Positions 28,301 through 36,500 of a DNA stretch of 44,941 nucleotides are shown here, piece after piece; within the stretch, counting starts at the first letter, position 1, and each line of letters opens with the position of its first letter. A program made the translations under genes and the position numbers. The stretch comes from a virus. Its lineage: Duplodnaviria; Caudoviricetes. The notes beneath the pieces were generated by a model. That model worked only from the letters and a program-made list of their open reading frames with translations. It searched no databases and was not told the origin of the DNA. The stretch is taken from positions 1 to 44,941 of the IMG/VR virus record IMGVR_UViG_3300032233_000422. One strand, 5' to 3'.

Positions 28301-31300
28301 ATGCACCAATACCATCACTGATTAATTGTGTAAAGTCGTTGGATACAAATGATTTGTTACCACCATTGTGTAGAGAGCCGTCTATCTTTTGACCAATAGC
28401 TGCATTACCAAACGTTGCATTGTTTTGAATATATGGCGAACGGCTGGTAATCCATGTACGGAAGTCTGCTGGTCCCCAACCTGGATCCAAACTTGCGTAT
28501 GCGCCTGCGGTAGTACGACTTGTACCATAGGCATTTTCTGGGGTTAGTTGACCACTTAGGCCTCGCAAACTCATGTTCTTTATGCCTGTACCGTTGCGTA
28601 GATAGAAGAAATCTTCTTCCTGGCTACCTAATACTGCGTTAGCATAGTATCTTGCAACATAACGGCTCTTGTAATTAGAGCTCCATACTAGATCCCACTT
28701 GACTGCATCAATGTAGTAGCCTACATCTCTTAGGCAAAGTGCTGAATTGTAAACCATCTTGACTGTCCAAGAACCTGCTTTGGTAGTCAATGTTACTCTG
28801 TTTGCTGTTGAAGCAAATCTTGTAGTCGCCACGGTAAAGGTTGTTGCGCTAACAATGTTTTGAACATAGTAGGTTATGCCAGTACTAATGCCTGCACCTG
28901 ATGGAATAGTTCCAGTGAATTCGATTGCTAGGTTTCTAGTCATCCAACTTGTGTCAGCAACTGTGATAACGTCGGTAGTTAGTGTGGTTCCAGTAGCGGT
29001 AGATTTAAATGTATTGGCAATATATGCGCGAGCTTCTTCAACAATAAATGCGCGATTGCGTTCTAGTTGTAGGTTAGCATAATATATATCGTCATATACA
29101 GATTGACACATATCTCCTTCATTTGCAGCACCAAATATTACAGAATCTACTAATGTCATTAGCGTTTCAATTCTAGCCTGTGCAGTAGCATTGCCACCTA
29201 CACTAGCTAACGCCTGTGTTTTAGCATAGCTCAATGCGCCTCTAGTTGCAGCTTTTAGATAGGTTGTTGTATACAATTCTATAGAGTTTGCTCTTAAATA
29301 TGCCAACGCCGCACTAACTGTACGATAGTTAGTGTTAAACATAAAATCATAGCCGACTGCTTCTAAAATAATACTAGCATCTCTTTCTGCTTTTGCATGA
29401 CTGTAGGTAAAGCTGTTATAGGTATTAGATAAAAACTGTAGTGTACCTTTGACAATAGTAGTTTTGTTAGTAGCCAATGTGCCTAGTGCGGTTTGAATAC
29501 CTCCTGCTACCCAAGAAATGCTTGGAAGGCTTTCTGCTACTAGGCCACTTAGGCTATCTGCAACAATAACAGAATTAATATTACCGGTTAGTGTTGTCAT
29601 ACGTGTTGCTTCTGTAGCCGATGCTGCTGTGCCGCTAACGTCTTGACCTGCGTATGTTTCAACTACTATCTGAGCGCACACTACACCAAGTTGAGTGTAC
29701 ATGGCTGCGCTGGCTGTTTTTTGCTGAGCTGATGGATAAACACTAACACCCGTGATATTATTAAACAATGAACGACAAATATTACGTGTTGCTGTATTAC
29801 CACCATAGTTAACGTCATAGGCCAATGCATCTACTGTATAACCTATGTCGCGTTGACATTTGGCTTTGCCTATTGCATCAAAACTGTTCCACAGTGTAGA
29901 ATAGTTTGTGCTTAACCAAGTGGTTAAAGTTGTAATAATAAATGCACGATTGATAACCAATTGTGCTCTAGCGTTGGTAAAGTTAGCAGTACCAGTATCT
30001 GTGTAGACTAGTGCATCTGCGTTAGCAACTCCGTTGTTGATAATATCAATAACTTCTGTGTAGGCTGCATTGGCTCTAGAAACTGCTGTAGCGTCTGACA
30101 CCACTGCTGCGGCCACTTGAGTTTTGATATAGCCAATGGCTGCAACTTCTTGAGTTTTTTGACTATTAATTACTACACCGGCTTGATATCTTATGTAAGA
30201 TATACCGTTTTGTACTGCCCAGAAGTTAGATCCAAATGCCGCATCATAGTAGGCAGCATCAACTAGGTACCCCGAATCTCTACGACAGATTGCACTGTTG
30301 TACTTGAAGCTACCATAATTGGTATTGATATAATCTACGCCACCAGTTACAATTGTTTCCACTGCGGCGGTTAATGAAGTATATGCACTGATCAATGCTG
30401 TGGTTGTTGTAACAGCGTTGGTTGCAGCTGGCATTGATACTACGTCGCCTACAATAGTTAGACCTGTACCGTTGGTCAAAGTAGCAATTGCAGACCCACC
30501 AAAGCTGGCTGCTAGAGTAAATGTAGTTGCTAATGGAACCGACACAACATAATATTTTGTACCGCTAGCTAAACCATTGGCTGTGCTTCTTGGAACAAAT
30601 GTATCTCCTACGGCTAGGCCGTGCGCTGACGCAGTTGCTAGAGTAGTTGTACTGGTAATAGTTGTTACTGTAATGTTAGGTGCAAAAGTTGTTGAGCCAC
30701 CGTTGATCAAATTATAGATAATATCAACGTTAGTTCCAATTAATGTTGATGCGGCCGCACTACCTGCTGTGTCAAAAAACTGTGGTACTGCTGTTTGTAA
30801 AGCTGTTACTGTAGAGTTAGTGGCTACAGATTGCATTCTTGATTTTAAGAATGTAATGGCCGCCAATGTTAAAGTTTTAATACTTGCCGGAATTAAATTT
30901 GTACTTCCTTCAGCATCAAAATATGCTAGACCAGCCTTTATACTTAGAGAGTTGCCGCCATAGGTTAATGAATAAATTACAGCATCAATAATGTAGCCTG
31001 CGTCTCTACGTGTTTTGGTTTTACCGTATTTGCTTGTAGGATAATTAATTTCTAGATAGGCAACAACTTCTTCTTTCAAGAATTTTTTGTTTTCTTTTAA
31101 AAGTTTTCTAGCGTCACCATAACCAATCAAATAACTTGTATTATAACCAGTCGGATCAGTTATAGTAGCTGCGGCCATTGTGCCAAGACGATAGTCTGCT
31201 TGGTATTTCATTACATCAACAAGGCTACTAATTTTTGTTGTTTCTGCAGAACTAGCATAAGGCCAGTAAAGGCTCTGTGTCTTAGTATTACCTGTGGTTG

Positions 31301-33530
31301 GAGTTACCGTAGTTCCTGTAACAATCTGCCCCATGACCGTGCTTAGACGACCAAATGTTGTATAGGTAGCATAAGAATCACTGATATCAATCGAGCCAGT
31401 GTCTGCACTAACCTGGACTGCACGAGTTTCGTCGCCTACTATTGATGTTTCAGCTGGGACTGGGATTGGTAATACTTCTGACCAAGCACCCGATTTAACA
31501 TTTAATATGCTGTTTGGAACATATCTATCTGGGAGATTAGTTACAACTTGTTCTGTTAATGCTTTGGTAATAATTCCTACTAGACTTGTGATAGTAGTAT
31601 AAACACCAGATTCTGCTGGCAAGTCACTATTAAAATACTGTCCAAGTATGGCTGTGGAATTATCGCCATTGATTGTTTGGTAACTTGCGGCGACCGCAGT
31701 ATTATTCAACACAGCCTGGACCACAGTCAACATATAATTGTATGCTGCAACATCTTGTGTTGATTGCGCTGCGAGTTTTGAATAAGTGCCGGTGCCGTTT
31801 TCGTCAAAGGCTGTGGCAAATAGATCTGCACCACTAAGAGCATTAATATATGATAGGGCCGCAGCTAGTGTTTTTAGGTTTCCACCGTGGCCAATGTCCC
31901 AAATTAACCTATCAACGACAAATCCAACATCGCGTTCGCATTTGAATTCATCATAGACAAAACTAGTTGTATATGGTGTTAAATTGTTGGCTATTTGGTA
32001 TTGGATCCACTCTGAGACTTCTCGTTGAATGAATACACGATTCATTTCTAATAGATATTGTGCATTTGGATTGCGAGCGCCTTTATCTATTTGCATACAG
32101 GCGTATCTAATAGTCTTCCAAGGCTTATCTTGTGTAAGGCCCCATGTTGGTGCAGGTAGATCTTGACCGTGTGGTGCAACATAGAATGTGTAGTCTACAA
32201 CTCCTAGGTACGCCCACTCTGGCTTGCTATCTGCTGATACTTTAAGTACCATGCCTTCTTTACCAATAGGCAATCTTGCAGGACCTTGGTTACCATTATA
32301 GTATACCATGTCGCCAGCATCTGACATTACAGCATATTCACTGCCTATGTTAAAGATATTCCAATATACGCCTTCTGTGTCTCCAGAAGGACTTCTTGTA
32401 GAATCAGAAAATGTTGTGCTGTCGTCATCGTTACTGGTGTGTTTTGTTATACAGATGTAGACGTTGGCTCCGTAACGAACTGTATCACCTACATAATAAG
32501 GTGTAGAATTTGACCAGTAGTTTCTCCAGTTTACACCACTGCTTAACTTGTCCCAGTAAGATGTGTTAGGAGGGGTTTGGTTATTATGGTCGGCAGTACA
32601 TAGATAGGTGTTTCCGCCTAGGCTTACTACTTCGCCTACTTTGTAGTTTGTTGAAGAACTCCATTCTGTGGTAAAGCTAAATCCTTTGCTGAATAGATCC
32701 CAATCGGTTGTTCCTGTACTTGGGGTAGAATTTGTATGAGTAGTTTTTGCAACATACTGGTATCCGCCGTAGCGTACTATGTCGCCTGGCTGATATTGCG
32801 TTGCGCCTGACCATGTATTTTCAAATTGCAAACCTTCAACAAATGACGTCCAATAGGCTGTGTCGAGATCAAAGGATGCTCCTGAAGTGTGGAATAGTGT
32901 ACAGATGTATAGTGTGCTGCCAAATTTAACAACATCATTTACTTTATAACGTGTTACAGTGGTCCATGCAGTTTTGTATTCAATGCCACGATTAAATACG
33001 TCCCACTTTCCTATATCAGCCTCTAAACCCGATGCTAGCGATACAGCAGAAGTATGATATGTATTACAGATATAAGTAATGCCGCCGTATTTTACTACAT
33101 CATTAACCTTGTATCGAGTAGATATTGTCCAGGTATTTTTCCAGTCAATGCCGTCGGCAACGTTATCCCATTTAGATAATGTGCTGTCTGCTAGATTTAA
33201 ATCTGATTCCAAACCCAATGTCAGAGTGGCGGCACTAGTGTGTGGAATACGACAGACATATAATCTACCACCGTACTTGACCATGTCATTGGTCTTATAA
33301 TCGGTACCTACAGTCCAATCATTTTCCCAAGCAAAGCCATCGCTCATTTGGTTCCATTTTGATGGAGCTGCATCTAGATCTGTATAAAATCCTACAGAAG
33401 CCGTGTGCCCTGTAACACATATAAAGACTTTACCACCGTACTGTACTACATCGTCTTTGTAGTAGGTCGTACCTGTAGTCCAGTTATTTTTCCATACAAA
33501 TCTAATTCTACCTAGTTTAAACTCTGCCAT
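25365..33530 (-). CDS. Giant multidomain virion structural protein (2721 aa)
   Basis: N-terminal W...YxxxDVVxYGGxxYxC repeats (CBM5/12-like), SPYIQN..F..NDFTQ core, helical KCxRDxG repeats, SxDGxxW propeller repeats, GHDFL.IGTG...STDQDGNFR C-terminus; TAAATA at 33565-33560. Confidence 0.8.
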   Translation of the reverse strand: MAEFKLGRIRFVWKNNWTTGTTYYKDDVVQYGGKVFICVTGHTASVGFYTDLDAAPSKWNQMSDGFAWENDWTVGTDYKTNDMVKYGGRLYVCRIPHTSAATLTLGLESDLNLADSTLSKWDNVADGIDWKNTWTISTRYKVNDVVKYGGITYICNTYHTSAVSLASGLEADIGKWDVFNRGIEYKTAWTTVTRYKVNDVVKFGSTLYICTLFHTSGASFDLDTAYWTSFVEGLQFENTWSGATQYQPGDIVRYGGYQYVAKTTHTNSTPSTGTTDWDLFSKGFSFTTEWSSSTNYKVGEVVSLGGNTYLCTADHNNQTPPNTSYWDKLSSGVNWRNYWSNSTPYYVGDTVRYGANVYICITKHTSNDDDSTTFSDSTRSPSGDTEGVYWNIFNIGSEYAVMSDAGDMVYYNGNQGPARLPIGKEGMVLKVSADSKPEWAYLGVVDYTFYVAPHGQDLPAPTWGLTQDKPWKTIRYACMQIDKGARNPNAQYLLEMNRVFIQREVSEWIQYQIANNLTPYTTSFVYDEFKCERDVGFVVDRLIWDIGHGGNLKTLAAALSYINALSGADLFATAFDENGTGTYSKLAAQSTQDVAAYNYMLTVVQAVLNNTAVAASYQTINGDNSTAILGQYFNSDLPAESGVYTTITSLVGIITKALTEQVVTNLPDRYVPNSILNVKSGAWSEVLPIPVPAETSIVGDETRAVQVSADTGSIDISDSYATYTTFGRLSTVMGQIVTGTTVTPTTGNTKTQSLYWPYASSAETTKISSLVDVMKYQADYRLGTMAAATITDPTGYNTSYLIGYGDARKLLKENKKFLKEEVVAYLEINYPTSKYGKTKTRRDAGYIIDAVIYSLTYGGNSLSIKAGLAYFDAEGSTNLIPASIKTLTLAAITFLKSRMQSVATNSTVTALQTAVPQFFDTAGSAAASTLIGTNVDIIYNLINGGSTTFAPNITVTTITSTTTLATASAHGLAVGDTFVPRSTANGLASGTKYYVVSVPLATTFTLAASFGGSAIATLTNGTGLTIVGDVVSMPAATNAVTTTTALISAYTSLTAAVETIVTGGVDYINTNYGSFKYNSAICRRDSGYLVDAAYYDAAFGSNFWAVQNGISYIRYQAGVVINSQKTQEVAAIGYIKTQVAAAVVSDATAVSRANAAYTEVIDIINNGVANADALVYTDTGTANFTNARAQLVINRAFIITTLTTWLSTNYSTLWNSFDAIGKAKCQRDIGYTVDALAYDVNYGGNTATRNICRSLFNNITGVSVYPSAQQKTASAAMYTQLGVVCAQIVVETYAGQDVSGTAASATEATRMTTLTGNINSVIVADSLSGLVAESLPSISWVAGGIQTALGTLATNKTTIVKGTLQFLSNTYNSFTYSHAKAERDASIILEAVGYDFMFNTNYRTVSAALAYLRANSIELYTTTYLKAATRGALSYAKTQALASVGGNATAQARIETLMTLVDSVIFGAANEGDMCQSVYDDIYYANLQLERNRAFIVEEARAYIANTFKSTATGTTLTTDVITVADTSWMTRNLAIEFTGTIPSGAGISTGITYYVQNIVSATTFTVATTRFASTANRVTLTTKAGSWTVKMVYNSALCLRDVGYYIDAVKWDLVWSSNYKSRYVARYYANAVLGSQEEDFFYLRNGTGIKNMSLRGLSGQLTPENAYGTSRTTAGAYASLDPGWGPADFRTWITSRSPYIQNNATFGNAAIGQKIDGSLHNGGNKSFVSNDFTQLISDGIGAWVTNNARAELVSVFTYYSHIGYLSEAGGRIRGTNGNNSYGDFGSVAEGYDVTEVEKTAIVDNKFQYKATVGSVITDGSAIYTYEFDHAGSEYTEATWLIVGPGNFADIEQDEFRDDGVYQVRLIDNVDDSTAAPEADGNQGGSGYLYNNGTAQNGTTTSITLSAVDDQLSSAYIGMKIIITAGNGTGNYALISSYNSGTKIADVITESTGAAGWDHFVSGTPIVAPDSSSSYIIEPAVSFTAPSYSSTASTLPTSGTWSVVEYGDTSASYSSLTGTYSGSGVNARFTVVRNGSKYASITIDTAGTGYVRLETITILGTSLGGTTPANDLVITITSVSTLGAIQAFDTSGYGLGGRFVAMRSGSVIGATSEDGITWTTRTNLMPSGASWSAGTWGYFNDGSSLPGESSSRFVAVAGGSANTTGAWSADGITWNATSMNTSATWVDVCFGEGRFVAIASDSTTVRISSDGENWDSTGTLARTGYTCIAYGLGLYVAARSGSTIGAWSTDGVTWIEIAMPSSSSWNKIAYGNGRFVALSTSSGTVTAYSITGKVWYAGTLPTSTSWTNICYGQGVFLAVTNSTTAATSQDGVNWTSRTMSTAASGFSAAVFGNPQRAGKFVAVGGSTGTVASYTYAGAKARARAFVSSEKITAIRILEPGSGYASAPTITITDPNNIYEAPTTVRIGDGVLAMPSIKNRGTGYATASAEIDKGDGYADFFQDGAYVAVRRISAKPAAGSNLVFAGKDTTYKIVSVVSFRGEYDGSYTAFFQISPTLKVFDSLADGTAVTTRIRYSQVRLTGHDFLDIGTGSFTETNYPNTPTQSPIQANECVEGNSGRVFFTSTDQDGNFRVGNLFTIEQSTGVATLNADAFNLSGLQEISLGNLTLGGSSARVTEFSTDPFFTQNSDSVIPTQRAIKAYIASQIGGGGASLIVNSVTAGDILIGTNTISNIAGGSIIMGSVVNFTGGVTGYPLAISYFLN

Positions 33531-33572
33531 TATCTACTCCAATTTTTATTAGGATACAATATTTACCCATAA

Positions 33573-36500
33573 TCAATCGTCCCTGAATGAACGATAAAAC
33601 ATTGCCTGCGCCCACATATAACCAGTAACTCCGGCATTCTTACCGGAGAAATCTACCTTTGCTGTAATATTAATTTTCTTAAAGAGGAAATTAGAAATGT
33701 TAACAGCACCTTCACCAACTGAAACCTCACCTGCTATAAAAGAGTTAGCTACTAGATCAGCACCTGCAACACTCAATTTACTAGAAAGATAACTTGCGAT
33801 TGCCTTCTGTGTTGGAACAATATTATTACTGTCCTCTGCAAAGGTTGGATCTGTTGAAAAATCTCTAATAACAACACTAGAACCACCTAATCTAACACCA
33901 CCTAATTTTAATTCAGTTAAACCTGCTAGGTCAAAAAAGTCTGCACTAATGGTAACAATACCAGTAGCCTGTTGAACTGAAAACAAGTCGCCAGTTCTAA
34001 AGTTACCGTCCTGGTCAGTAGAAGTATAAAATACTCTACCACCGTTACCTTCAATTACCTCATTTTCTGAAGCAAAAGAAAAAGTAGCTGCACTATAAAG
34101 TGCAGGATAATTAGTTGTTAAGAAATTGCCGGTGCCAATGTTTAAGAAATCGTGTCCTGTAATACGATTCTGACTATACATGGTTCTAATAGATACTGCA
34201 AGACCATGATAGAACAAATCACTAACATCTATTGTAGGAGACACTTGGCAAAACGCAGAAAGTGTTCCATCGCCAAGATCTCCTAAGCTGGTAATAGCTA
34301 CCAATCGATATCTTACAGTATCAATAGCAAATATTAATTGTGCTCCGGGGCCTACTATTTCTGTAAATCCAGATAAGGTAATATATTTGCCATTTGGTAT
34401 AACGTCAGCAAAACCATTGCCTATTACCGTGGCAGTGGTTGTTCTAGTTTTATATCCCTGTCCTCTATTCAACCATGTTGGCTGTCCTAGGACTCCGTCG
34501 CCTAGTCTATTAGAAGTATAGACTTCTCTTCTGTTGTTAGGGTCGGTGACTGTTATGGTAGGTGGTAAAAGGTTATATCCTGATCCTACATCCCACAATC
34601 TAATGTTAGGTATTATCCCGCTTGTCGGAACAGCCCTACCTTTGGTTCTAGCACCGGTGTAGATTCTTGCGGCTACATTTGTTGAATCTTTTCCTACGGC
34701 AATCCATGTGCCAACACTGGTTGTTGTTGAAGAGTCGCCTAAAGAATATTTTGGATTGCCAAAAGTTACATCAACCCAACTGTGAGCGGAAGCTGTTTCT
34801 TTAATAGTCCATGTTACTCCATCTTCACTGGTTGCTATCATGGTTGTTGGACCGGTGGTTGCGTCAGCACCAACTGTTCTGCTGGCTGTGTCGCAGACTG
34901 CTACAAAAACTCCTTGGCCATATTTGATTTGATTCCAGTTCATGATGGTTGACCCATCCTGGGTTGGCATGTTACTAGTACCTTGGTACCATGTTTGTCC
35001 ATCAAAGCTGTAACCAATCTGTCCAGTTTGTGATAATGCTACAAATCGGCCTGCACCATAGGTAATACCAACCCAATCTAATTGCGACGAGTCATTAGTG
35101 GCATCTACAATAATACCTTGCCAAGTAATACCATCTGATGAGTATGCTCCGATGTTTCCTGATTGAGCAATAGCATAGAACACGCCTTGTCCGTAGGTTA
35201 CTGAAGTCCATGTGTTATAGGTAGAATCACCAAAGGTTGGCATTGTGGTTGCGATCCAAGTGGCGCCGCCGTTGGTACTATATGCCGCTCTATTTAAGTT
35301 GCTGGCAATAACTACAAAAGTACCGTTGCCATATGTGGCATTAGTCCAAGTACTGGCACTAGGTAATGTTGTAATGTTCCAATCAACTCCATTATTAGAC
35401 CATGCGGCAGTGGTAGTTCCTGGTATTAGTGCAATAAACTTATTGCCGCCCGATGCAGCCACAGTCCAGTTTCCTATAGCACCTAATGCTGCTAAAGTCC
35501 AATCAATGCCATCTGGCGACCATGCACACAAACCTGTGCTGTTTCCAAAGGCTACAAAGTTTCCACTGGCTGCTTCTCCGCTATAGACAAAGCCTGTAAT
35601 AGTATTGGTACTGTCATTGCTAACACTGGTTACTCTAATAATGATGTCATTGAATGTATCAAGGCCACCTACTAGTGAGCCTTTAATTGTGATTACTTGC
35701 TCATCGGCATAGCCTGCACCGTTGGTATTTAAAAGTACAGTATAGGTTCTTCCGTTTTTAACCACATTCCATGTTGCAGTTACAGGTACTAATCCGTCTG
35801 ATCCGTCAACTGTTCCGGCTCCTACACTACCTACAATGTTTGTATAGGTTGCACTGGTTTCACCCCAAACCACTTTACTCCAGCTAATTGTTTGTGGTAA
35901 TGTAGCATCGTAGGCATTGTAGGCAGGCGCCGTAAATGTAACTCTTGGTGCTATTTCATAACGTGTATCAGGTAACAGTGATGGTGCTATAGGAAATCCC
36001 GATAATACATGATCCCATCCTGGTGTACTATCACTTTCTTTACTGACCTGAGCAATTTTTGTAGTTGCGTTATAGGCTGTGATGTAGCCGTATTGTCCCG
36101 ATCCTGTACCGCTGACGATCAATATTCTTAAGCCAAGATAGTCTGCTTCTGCGGCAGTATCTGTGAAGGATAGTTTGATACTAGAAGTGGTACCCGTAAC
36201 AGCATTTTGAGTAACAAAGGTAAAGTTAGTTCCGCCAACTCCAGTAGAATCGTAGGGATTGTATTCCAATGCTTCAAATACTGCTTGGTCTCTATACTCT
36301 TCTTGTATCACACTAGCATTAACACCAGCGCCAGCAACAGTCCATGTTGCAGAAGTAAAATTTTGTCCGGCATTTCTATATTCTACTAAAATAATTTTAT
36401 CTGAATCACTGCCTAATAGTCCAGTAAATGTAGAAGTAACAATAGGTTGATTATTTCTAGTGTTAACTGTAACCTCAATTGGTGTTTCAGTTTCATCAAT

